DNA from: Candidatus Thorarchaeota archaeon
GTDB taxonomy: Archaea > Asgardarchaeota > Thorarchaeia > Thorarchaeales > Thorarchaeaceae
Assembly: GCA_046482545.1 (NCBI GenBank)
Contig: JAWOEX010000010.1
Coordinates: 96,001-160,000, forward strand
Direction: 5' to 3'
Length of the DNA: 64,000 nucleotides
Shown here: one piece after another, positions 19,805 through 28,329 of the stretch
How positions within the stretch are numbered: the first letter of the stretch is position 1
Layout: each line of letters starts with the position of its first letter
Made by a program: the position numbers and the translations under genes
The notes under the pieces: model-generated
The model's database searches: none
What the model was told of the DNA's origin: nothing
What the model saw: the letters and a program-made list of their open reading frames with translations, nothing else

Positions 19805-20281
19805 TCAAGAGAAAGTCCTTCCAAGCCGTACGTCGCAGCCATTTGCTAACCGGATCCGTATGGGAACAGATCCATGAGAGAAAACCTCGACAAAAAATGG
19901 ATTTGAGGATTCGGCCACTTTCAGCCAAAAATTGTTTTCATTCCGGTAGTAGCTGTACTTGAGATTGTTCTCTTTCACCTCTATAATGGAGCCCTCATAC
20001 AGCTTATTCAAATCCTCAACAATAAGCCTAGAATTATTCGATTTACTATGACAGATAGGATGCGAGAGATAGAATTTCTCAACTCTTCCAGCTTCGATGC
20101 AAAGAACTGCAACATGGGGGCGCCTGCAAGAATCCCATTCATTTGGAATAGGAGGGCTGCGACAAAGATAAGCACCTCTTGCTGACGCTAATACTGAATA
20201 TGCACCCTCATCGATCATCATTGACTCATTATCCTCTATTTCTCTTCCTTGTACCGTGGACGAGGGACTGCCCAATAGCAT
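19805..20281 (-). CDS. Hypothetical protein
   Basis: 158-aa ORF in otherwise empty space; TATA-like TTTATTATA upstream; no recognised motif. Confidence 0.4.
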   Translation of the reverse strand: MLLGSPSSTVQGREIEDNESMMIDEGAYSVLASARGAYLCRSPPIPNEWDSCRRPHVAVLCIEAGRVEKFYLSHPICHSKSNNSRLIVEDLNKLYEGSIIEVKENNLKYSYYRNENNFWLKVAESSNPFFVEVFSHGSVPIRIRLANGCDVRLGRTFS

Positions 20282-20493
20282 ATCCCAATTACTTAGATAG
20301 AATATAATAAACTGTTACAGTCTCATAATGAGAAAACCATAGTTCTAATACCATGTTCTATGCCTCGTAGAGAGCCTTTAGGAGGCATTGGGCAGAAACA
20401 AATACTGAACAAATGTTTTTCAGACAGAAAGTATAGATGCAGTTGGAAAGGCCGACACGGATTTAATTGTTTATCTTAACAATCGGACATCAG

Positions 20494-21183
20494 TCAAGAA
20501 GAGACTAATCCATTCAACTGCTTTCGCAATGCGGGAAGGATTTCTTTGAGCTCATCAAATACTTCCTCTGCACCTGCTTCCAAAAGATCTTCCTTTTTGA
20601 CTTCGCCAGTTGCAACTCCCCAGAAGGGAATATTAGCTCGTTTAGCGGCCTCAGCATCTATTGTAGCATCACCAACATAAACAGCCTCCTGTGGTTGTAC
20701 ATCCAATCTCTCCAAAACGCGCAATAACCCATCAGGAAAAGGCTTCGGATTTGGTGATTCATTACGCGTCTGAATAACGTCAAAGAGGTGTTCTACATCG
20801 ATTTGATCCAGTATTCTGTCAACGGCTTCTCTGCCATTATTGGTCAGGATAGCAGTCTTCAATCCCATATCAGATACGGATTGTACAACAGACCTAGCGC
20901 CATCCAGCAACCGAACCTCACTAGCTGCATCAGACTCGTGCTTATTGAGTACAACATCAACCTCTTTCTGAAGCTGCTGCCATTCTTCCTCAGACATTCC
21001 ATCATTTCTAAAATACTCTCTTGCCTTCATAGTAGAACTGGATATACCGTCGGTTGAATCAAGCAGATGCGGAGGGAGACCCTTTTCTAGATAGAATTTC
21101 TTGGTGTCATTGCGCATCTTGTTTAAGGGTAGCATCAGAGCTATTATTGTGCCATCAAGATCAAAAATTACAGCTTCAAGCAT
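20494..21183 (-). CDS. HAD-IA hydrolase (phosphoglycolate phosphatase-like)
   Basis: FDLDGT, LTNN, KPFPD and VGDATID motifs. Confidence 0.88.
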   Translation of the reverse strand: MLEAVIFDLDGTIIALMLPLNKMRNDTKKFYLEKGLPPHLLDSTDGISSSTMKAREYFRNDGMSEEEWQQLQKEVDVVLNKHESDAASEVRLLDGARSVVQSVSDMGLKTAILTNNGREAVDRILDQIDVEHLFDVIQTRNESPNPKPFPDGLLRVLERLDVQPQEAVYVGDATIDAEAAKRANIPFWGVATGEVKKEDLLEAGAEEVFDELKEILPALRKQLNGLVSS

Positions 21184-21369
21184 TCAGGGCTTCACCCGTG
21201 TGGCCTACAGGAAAAACGTGAGGGTCGTTATGGCTACTAAAACCTATCGGATTCACAATATTCATGAATGATGAATCCAAGAATAACAGAAATCTTACAA
21301 AATCCTAGAAGAGTCGAGTACAAAAGTGCAAGATAACTGTAAAATTTTCTGCAGTGCTATTGTAGCCTT

Positions 21370-21660
21370 GGAGGGGAGTTTATGAGGCCCAGTACGAGAG
21401 ACCGGTCTAGTGGGACTAGGGCGGTGGGCCACTCCCCGCGGGAGAAGCGCTCAGCCCCGAAGGCTGTGAGAGGGACTCGTTCCACTAAGCAGAAGTCCCC
21501 ACTCTCCACTAAAGGAACTCCATCAAGTTCCGGAGTGTCCGCGGTTGTTCACATTGTCTGTAATGAACCTCCTCAGCGGCAGCGACAAAGCCCCTGCTGA
21601 CTCAAGGGCATACTGGGTACCCTTGCAGGCGGCGACGCTGGCAGGGGAAGGGTGGAACAC
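21370..21660 (+). ncRNA. Unclassified structured RNA of about 290 nt with long-range pseudoknot (strand uncertain)
   Basis: GC-rich intergenic island with more than 8 complementary stems and a GTTCCAC/GTGGAAC loop-to-3'-end pairing. Confidence 0.6.
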
Positions 21661-21751
21661 AGAAGTTTCAAACAGTCTAGTAAACTGTAAGTAACAAGTC
21701 ATATCAAGAGCTGTGGCTGTCCCAAGTCAAGTCAATACAGGATGCTATATT

Positions 21752-22255
21752 TCATTCGGGAGCACCACTAATCACAAGCGATTTTACGCATGTTCTTTCC
21801 TCATTGGCCGGTTCTAAAACCTCCATCTCAACCGATGGAGTGACACCTTCAGCAATAGCCCTGACATATGGCAAACAAACAGATTCACAGTACAGCATTC
21901 CCCGTTCTTTGAACTTCTCATACTGTGGACAATACGGATGCTCAGTATTGACTCGAGTCTCTGATACTTTTACAACTTTCATTTTTGCCCCCATCACATG
22001 GCCTACAACTCTCCATGCATCCACAGCATCTACCAATGTTTCACCCAAACCAAGCCGATCCTTCAGTTGCATAGCGTCTTCCTCACCAAGCTTCCGGAAG
22101 ACCTCAGAAAGTGCATCTAGACCTTCACTCCCAAACCGGTCATGGAACACTACGGCTGACTCCACCATGAGCCTAGCTAGGTTATCCCTAAGCTCGGATA
22201 CCTTCTGACCCGAAGGAATGAGGCCCCGTTTCGCAAAGACCCTTGTTAATCCCAT
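21752..22255 (-). CDS. ATC-hydrolase/V4R-like small-ligand-binding protein
   Basis: HPYCP...YCESVC...CV cysteine pattern typical of this fold. Confidence 0.55.
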   Translation of the reverse strand: MGLTRVFAKRGLIPSGQKVSELRDNLARLMVESAVVFHDRFGSEGLDALSEVFRKLGEEDAMQLKDRLGLGETLVDAVDAWRVVGHVMGAKMKVVKVSETRVNTEHPYCPQYEKFKERGMLYCESVCLPYVRAIAEGVTPSVEMEVLEPANEERTCVKSLVISGAPE

Positions 22256-22400
22256 AATCAAAACCTACCCGAATGCATCCTTCGCTTCTAATGAAGCTTG
22301 TTGATGATGCCGTGGATTAAGGCAAATCAGAATGTAGGGATTCATTAAGTCATGAAGAATGATATATACCTAGTACGGACAAGAAGAGCTGTGATATGCA

Positions 22401-23429
22401 TTGCAGGAAAATGTAAACATTACACGTAATTCGATGAGCAGCTTAGTTGATGCCTTCTTCTCTTTGTTAGCTAAGAAAACACTACAAGAGAATACACAGC
22501 AAGCGGCAAAGAAACTTGCAATTCCAAAGACAGAAGGTATCTGCACAGTCGGTATGGGAGGAAGTTCAATTGCAGGTCAAATTGCCATTGCCTTACTTAA
22601 CGATTCCTCATCTATACCTTTGACATTCGTAAGGGACTATCAGCTGCCAGCGTTTATAGATGATCGATGGACTGTAATTGCTGTAAGCTATTCGGGAACT
22701 ACCGAAGAAACGTTATCTGCATACAACGACGCAGACTCAAGGGGTTGTGAGCTATTCTGCGTGACAACGGGAGGAGAGCTCGGAGCATTGTGTAGTTCAG
22801 ATAGAACTCATGTCCTACCGAAGGGAATTCAGCCGAGGGCTGCCCTTCCCATGATTCTAGCGGCTGTATTGCCTCTTATGCAGTGCTTGCTTGGTAACAG
22901 GCCTACAGATTTTGAGCGCTTATCAGAAAAGCTGACTGATAGGCAGAAGGAATTGAAAGGTTCTATGAAGGAGCCCCAAGAAATAGCCACTCATATTCAT
23001 CAACGGATACCCGCCTTCATAGGTTGGCGACATCTTGCACCTGTAGCATACAGAGCAAAGACCCAAATCAATGAAAATGCCAAATCAACGGCATATAGCC
23101 TAGAACTGCCCGAGGCCAATCACAACGAGATAGAGGCCTCAGCTGCTTACGCTAATCAATCAATAGCTCCAATTCTATTAAGAAGTGCATACGAGGACGA
23201 ACAGACAAGAAGACGCTTCGAGGCAACAAGCAAGATTCTCGAGCAAGAAAGCGTCGAGGTTGAGAGTATACAGTTTTCTGGTGAATCCAAGCTCGAAGAG
23301 GTTCTATACGCAATACAATATCTCGACGCGGTATCAGTACGCCTTGCTGACATCCGTGGAGTGAATCCGATGGATGTTCCTCAGATTTCATTGCTTAAAG
23401 CAATTCTCGCAGGAAACAGTGAACTCTAA
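22401..23429 (+). CDS. Bifunctional phosphoglucose/phosphomannose isomerase
   Basis: GMGGS, SYSGTTEET, PRAA, QINENAK and PEANHNEI motifs. Confidence 0.9.
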   Translation: MQENVNITRNSMSSLVDAFFSLLAKKTLQENTQQAAKKLAIPKTEGICTVGMGGSSIAGQIAIALLNDSSSIPLTFVRDYQLPAFIDDRWTVIAVSYSGTTEETLSAYNDADSRGCELFCVTTGGELGALCSSDRTHVLPKGIQPRAALPMILAAVLPLMQCLLGNRPTDFERLSEKLTDRQKELKGSMKEPQEIATHIHQRIPAFIGWRHLAPVAYRAKTQINENAKSTAYSLELPEANHNEIEASAAYANQSIAPILLRSAYEDEQTRRRFEATSKILEQESVEVESIQFSGESKLEEVLYAIQYLDAVSVRLADIRGVNPMDVPQISLLKAILAGNSEL

Positions 23430-23972
23430 AGGCTCTACGATATCCACTCCTACCTGACTGAACGATACCACACGAACCTCAGAGGCGTCAGAGTCGAAAG
23501 TATGATAGAATATAGTTAGAACAACTGAAAAGGTCCAGTTCGATTCTTCATATGCATTGTAGAGAATTTCTTTATCTGAATCTACCGTGATTGTGGAGCC
23601 AATCGTGTGATTCTTGTCATATCCTGGAAATAACTCCCTGTCTTCCATTGATAGTCGCTTTCTAAAGAAAGTATAATCGAAGGATTCGCCATTGAGGTAA
23701 ACGCTCGCCCGGAGAAAAGTGACTGACGCCTTACCTGAAAGGCCATCAGGAACCTGCATATTGAAAGACAGAGTTAAGGAGGGGTTTACCGTCTCATTCT
23801 CGAGCTGAAGATTTTGAGCTTTTATCCCGAGCAAATCTACTTCTAGATATCGAACCATAAGATAACTGCCCGAGTAATACGCCGAACTACCTGCTAGACT
23901 AACACCACTCAATACCCCGATAATTAGTGTTATTGCCATGATTGCGTTTTGTGAGCGTTCACTAGATATCAA
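23388..23972 (-). CDS. Membrane-anchored hypothetical protein
   Basis: N-terminal TM helix followed by a beta-rich domain. Confidence 0.6.
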   Translation of the reverse strand: MISSERSQNAIMAITLIIGVLSGVSLAGSSAYYSGSYLMVRYLEVDLLGIKAQNLQLENETVNPSLTLSFNMQVPDGLSGKASVTFLRASVYLNGESFDYTFFRKRLSMEDRELFPGYDKNHTIGSTITVDSDKEILYNAYEESNWTFSVVLTIFYHTFDSDASEVRVVSFSQVGVDIVEPLEFTVSCENCFKQ

Positions 23973-24029
23973 TCAAATCTCTCCCTTGAATTCGCATTAC
24001 TCTTTGCATCAGCAACACTTGCCTGTTAA

Positions 24030-24896
24030 TCATACTAGGTATATCAATGTGGCCAAATGAGCAGCCCAAGGAAACATACCTAAAATTGCAGGTATTGGAA
24101 TAGCTGGGAAGATCTTCCCTTTCTGCGCCAGTACGGTCAAATTAATCACGACTCCCAGGAAGGATAACGCCATTGAACTTAGCCAGACATGAAACGGGAA
24201 GAAAAGAAGTGCATGCGATGAGATAAGAGAATAGGCGATGAAATCCCCAACCCCGACTACGGTATCCTTGGATTTTATTCTTGTGTAGTCGAAAGGATCC
24301 TCTCCCACATTTCCAGTCATCTGTGCGGACCGAACAACAGGAGAATACCGAGTAAGGAAGTAGTCTTCAGCTACAATGGTGAATACAAGAACAAACATTG
24401 TCGGGGTCGCCAAAGTGGCAGCGAGGAAAGTGCCAAAGACTGCACCATAGAACGCGACGTATATATTTCGTATTGAAGTAGGAATCGCATCTACTACTAC
24501 CAAGATAATGGATAACATAGAAATCCCTATCGAGAGAACCATTACAAGACCCTCCAAAATTGTCTGACTCCCCTTGAATAATATCAGAAGAAAGGCTTGA
24601 CCTAAAAACAGAGAGACAAAGAAGATGATGGGCGATACAACAAATGCTACAACTATCTTCCGTGCACTTCGACTACGCCTGTGAAGTATCCAGAACAGTG
24701 AGAATACAACCAATGAACCTATGACTGTCGACACTAGGGCTTGCAAGACAAGCTCCAGAGGGGTGAACGAATCTCCATTCCCTATTGTCCGCCCAATCAG
24801 AGATGTGTTCCGCACAACATAAGCCAAACCTGAGCCAACAAGAAGGGGAAGAGATGAAATTGTTACTCCTATCAAGTGATGTCTATCCAGTCTCAT
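24030..24896 (-). CDS. Presenilin/signal-peptide-peptidase-like GxGD intramembrane aspartyl protease
   Basis: Polytopic; AED (YD equivalent), GVGDF and PAI (PAL equivalent) in canonical order. Confidence 0.75.
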   Translation of the reverse strand: MRLDRHHLIGVTISSLPLLVGSGLAYVVRNTSLIGRTIGNGDSFTPLELVLQALVSTVIGSLVVFSLFWILHRRSRSARKIVVAFVVSPIIFFVSLFLGQAFLLILFKGSQTILEGLVMVLSIGISMLSIILVVVDAIPTSIRNIYVAFYGAVFGTFLAATLATPTMFVLVFTIVAEDYFLTRYSPVVRSAQMTGNVGEDPFDYTRIKSKDTVVGVGDFIAYSLISSHALLFFPFHVWLSSMALSFLGVVINLTVLAQKGKIFPAIPIPAILGMFPWAAHLATLIYLV

Positions 24897-24994
24897 TTCT
24901 GGCCAGCTGAAATGACAATGAAATTAGAAAATAAATCAACTGAGTTTGGCGCAATGCGTGTTATCAAACTGTAGAACATCTCAGAAGTGCATTC

Positions 24995-25027
24995 AAAAAA
25001 AAGAGGGGATGGGGACAAGAAGTCCCC
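24995..25027 (-). terminator. Hairpin plus T-tract terminator after SBP gene
   Basis: GGGGAC/GTCCCC stem and A8 on the plus strand. Confidence 0.65.
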
Positions 25028-25036
25028 AAGATTATA

Positions 25037-26857
25037 CTATCGCTGTCTCATCAATACATAGCCGCCAACGAGGATAACCACTGCTGCACCAACTGCACCG
25101 GCAACTACTGCCAGAGTGTAGTCAGGACCGAGTGGACCGCCGTTCTCATCTACTGTGTAATCTGGAGCGAAGAAGTAGTTCGGGTTCCTGCTAATCTCAC
25201 AGAACTCACCGGGCTGGTACTCCGACACATTGAACGGACCAGAGGTAACCATCTCGTCAGATGGTGGATCGGGATTCCACGTATTCCAACCCTCAAGACC
25301 AATTTCGGTGAAGATATGCTTGGGGAGGACAGGCTTGTATGCGATGTTGTGTAGGTGCCAATATGACTCCGTGCTGAATTCAACCTCAAGTGTGTAAGGT
25401 GTCTTCGCGTAAGCCGCAGTCACATCGGTCAGATCAACACCGTATGGATTACCAGGTGCATCACGGAAGTAGTTGAGTGAGAATGCAACATCTTCTGCCG
25501 TAAGCGGTTCACCATCTGTCCAAGTAGCATTCTGGACCATATCGAAGGTAAACCGTGTGTGACCATCTGGTACATCGGAATCGTCGTCGTGTGTCAGTGC
25601 CTCGTAGTCCGTGCACAGCCAGTTGAGGTCTTCGCCGTTCCAGTCAATGGTTATGAGGCTGTCATACAGCATCATCAAGATGTTATTGGTGTACGCAGAA
25701 GAGCTAACCATAGTATTGAAGGTATCAAGGTCGAGCGGATTGCTCCATGTGAAAGTACCTCCGTATGGTCCACCCTCGTCATCTTTGAGATGAACCTTGT
25801 AGTTTGTCCAGTATCCTGGAACACCACCGCTAACATCATTGACGAAACCTTCGAACCGGTCAGTCCTGTAGGCTGATATCTCCTCGTTCTCGTAGGCGAT
25901 AATCATTGGGGATTGATAGACCCAAATCTTCTGCATCTCTTTAGCTGCTTCCATCACGTCCTCTAGTTCAGTGCTGTAAAGCAACTGTTCCCTCCACGCG
26001 TCATAACTATCGTTGGCGAAATTCGGGAAGTTCCAGTATGGCTCATCAACGTATTCTGACCAGTACTCGTAAGCTAGCCAGTCAACATCAAAGCTGCTGA
26101 ATGATGAACCAAGGAAGACCATGTCATAATCGCCATGGAAGTATAGCCTGTTCAGGTATTCATAGAAGTCCGTTGGTTCGGAAGTGGCTTCAACACCAAG
26201 CTCCACAAGAGCGTCGGCTACGTATTGGCCAACCTCAATGGCAATCGGTGATGATTGAGCGCACTCAATGAGAACATCAAACTCCTCACCATTAGGTGCT
26301 TCTAACCAATTGTCGTCATTATCATCCACGAACCCGGCGTCTTCAAGCAATTGCTGACCAAGTTCGACGTTGGCTTCGTAGTAGTGGTAGTTCAAATCTT
26401 CTTCAACTGAGAACGGATTCACCTTTGGAACACAGCTATCCTGTGGTTCGGACAAACCATCCCAAACATCAGCTGAAATAGCCTGTTTGTCCACAGCAAA
26501 ATTAAGGGCTCTCCTGAAGGCGGTTATGTTGAATGGGTATTTCGCACAGTTTATGGTTATATACCCGTATCCATTTCTCAGAACTGATTCGGTCTGTATA
26601 TCCTCTGCCTCATCTAGCTCCTGCAAAAAGCTTGGGTCGACCATGTCACCAATCAAGTCGATACTACCATCTTGCAGAGCGAGAACAGCCTGGTCTTCCT
26701 GCGAAATCACATCGTAGACAATTTTTTCCACGAACGGGCCGGTCTTCGTGTGGCCAAGATCATCCTGTGCCTTAGCAAACAATGGCGAAGCGGCCATGAA
26801 TAAGAACGCAGCGACCAAGAATACAGCGAATATTCTTTTCTTACGACTGCTTAACAT
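25037..26857 (-). CDS. Peptide ABC transporter substrate-binding protein (family 5), circularly permuted, C-terminal TM anchor
   Basis: Signal peptide; FRRAL, WTDGEPLTAEDVAFS, TSGPF and RNPNYF motifs in permuted order. Confidence 0.88.
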   Translation of the reverse strand: MLSSRKKRIFAVFLVAAFLFMAASPLFAKAQDDLGHTKTGPFVEKIVYDVISQEDQAVLALQDGSIDLIGDMVDPSFLQELDEAEDIQTESVLRNGYGYITINCAKYPFNITAFRRALNFAVDKQAISADVWDGLSEPQDSCVPKVNPFSVEEDLNYHYYEANVELGQQLLEDAGFVDDNDDNWLEAPNGEEFDVLIECAQSSPIAIEVGQYVADALVELGVEATSEPTDFYEYLNRLYFHGDYDMVFLGSSFSSFDVDWLAYEYWSEYVDEPYWNFPNFANDSYDAWREQLLYSTELEDVMEAAKEMQKIWVYQSPMIIAYENEEISAYRTDRFEGFVNDVSGGVPGYWTNYKVHLKDDEGGPYGGTFTWSNPLDLDTFNTMVSSSAYTNNILMMLYDSLITIDWNGEDLNWLCTDYEALTHDDDSDVPDGHTRFTFDMVQNATWTDGEPLTAEDVAFSLNYFRDAPGNPYGVDLTDVTAAYAKTPYTLEVEFSTESYWHLHNIAYKPVLPKHIFTEIGLEGWNTWNPDPPSDEMVTSGPFNVSEYQPGEFCEISRNPNYFFAPDYTVDENGGPLGPDYTLAVVAGAVGAAVVILVGGYVLMRQR

Positions 26858-27010
26858 TATATCTCTATCTCCTTTACCGAGTCGAATCGGATAGTTTTAC
26901 CTATTCAATATGCAATAAAAGGCTTCTGTTGGGTTTTTTCACACAAAGGAATTTGTCGAGAACACTCTCGATATACGACGATGTCATATGATACGAATGG
27001 CAACTGGCAC

Positions 27011-27049
27011 AAAAAAAGGGAGAGTACCCCAAGCTATGGGGGTAGTCTC
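27011..27049 (-). terminator. Hairpin plus T-tract terminator after dppB
   Basis: GAGAGTACCCC/GGGGTAGTCTC stem and A7 on the plus strand. Confidence 0.6.
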
Positions 27050-27065
27050 AGAGGCTGTACGTCAA

Positions 27066-28115
27066 TCAAGTATACTTGATTCTGGGATCTAGGACTCCAT
27101 AGAGCAGGTCTGCAATGAAATTAGCTAGAATCGCTGTGATAGCGATAATCATGAAAATGGCCTGAACTACTGGAAAGTCCAAAATAACCAGACTATCATA
27201 GATAAAGCGCCCAAGCCCATACCATACAAAGACTGTCTCTGTCAGAGTAGCTCCATTGATGAGAAAACCGAAGGTCATTGCAATGATAGTAACCATTGGA
27301 AGCATAGCATTTTTCAGACCATGTTTGTACAAGACCTGACTCTCATTCAGCCCCTTTGCGCGTGCAGTTAGTATGTAATCCTCTGTCATGACGTCAATTA
27401 GATTGTTCCGCATGTAGAGGAAATAACCGCCATAACCACCAACACCCAAGGCAACAACAGGCAAAACCAAGTGATGCAGGATATTGGCGGCAATCATAAG
27501 AGCCCCGAATGGACTATCTTTCGCCGCTATCCAAACGCTATAAGAGATTGTCCCCTTCAATGGGAAGCCGATTAAACCTCCTGTCATGTTGGGAAGATAA
27601 TAGCCGAACACCATAAGCAACATCATACCAAGCCAGAAGATTGGAAGCGAATAGATGAACAGCGCCACAGTCACTGCACCAACATCCTTTTTGGAGCCAG
27701 GATCAGCAGCGACTCTCACTCCTGTCCAAATTCCTAGAGCAATAGAGACAATGGATGAAGTGCCCATCAAGAGTAGGGTGTTTGGGAGTCTCTCCATGAT
27801 TTCCTCAATCACTGGTGCTTGTGTGACGAAGGAGATGCCGAAATCGCCCGTAAACATGTTGACGAGATATCGCCAGAACATATAGATCCAGTCAAAGATA
27901 TCTGGGTCAGGAACAAGGCCAAACCGCAGGTATAACTCTTCAAGAGCCTTCTGTGTAAGATTACGCCGCAACTCCTCGTTTATCATGAGATCAACGGGGC
28001 TCACGTTCAGGACCAAAGTTGGAAGTCTGAATAAAAAGAAGTTGAAACAAACAACGGCAACTACAAGCAGGAACATGTAGATGGATCTTCTGATGACATA
28101 TTCTCTCAGTCCCAT
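27066..28115 (-). CDS. dppB: Peptide ABC transporter permease (DppB/OppB)
   Basis: GDFGISF, RLPNTL, EDYILTARAKGL EAA motif, LDPRI. Confidence 0.9.
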   Translation of the reverse strand: MGLREYVIRRSIYMFLLVVAVVCFNFFLFRLPTLVLNVSPVDLMINEELRRNLTQKALEELYLRFGLVPDPDIFDWIYMFWRYLVNMFTGDFGISFVTQAPVIEEIMERLPNTLLLMGTSSIVSIALGIWTGVRVAADPGSKKDVGAVTVALFIYSLPIFWLGMMLLMVFGYYLPNMTGGLIGFPLKGTISYSVWIAAKDSPFGALMIAANILHHLVLPVVALGVGGYGGYFLYMRNNLIDVMTEDYILTARAKGLNESQVLYKHGLKNAMLPMVTIIAMTFGFLINGATLTETVFVWYGLGRFIYDSLVILDFPVVQAIFMIIAITAILANFIADLLYGVLDPRIKYT

Positions 28116-28274
28116 TTCTAGTATTCCTCGAATTATTGATAGGCCATACCTAGTATTGCTAGGTAGAGCATTCGATTATTGAAAAGTGTACTAATGGTAA
28201 TAAAGGTGGCGTTGTACGCTAACGTAGTTGGTACAAAGCCGCCTTCAAAAGATACTAGATTTTGAGAAATTCAC

Positions 28275-28320
28275 AAAAAAAGAAAGATGAGGCACTATCC
28301 ACCTAGGGACTTCGTGCCTC
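28275..28320 (-). terminator. Hairpin plus T-tract terminator after dppC
   Basis: GAGGCAC/GTGCCTC stem and A7 on the plus strand. Confidence 0.6.
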
Positions 28321-28329
28321 TCTCCGGGG

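Noticed and set aside
19710-19928. Frameshifted continuation of the 19805-20281 ORF
   Set aside because: No recognisable homology in either frame to support a frameshift
21382-21600. 72-aa ORF inside the GC-rich island
   Set aside because: Low-complexity R/S/P composition; better explained as a by-product of a structured RNA
21370-21660. Assignment as SRP RNA, RNase P RNA, tRNA or riboswitch
   Set aside because: No CAGG-GGAA-AGCA helix 8, no GAGGAAAGUCC/ACAGAA..GGCUUA pair, and no cloverleaf or TPP/B12 consensus on either strand by eye
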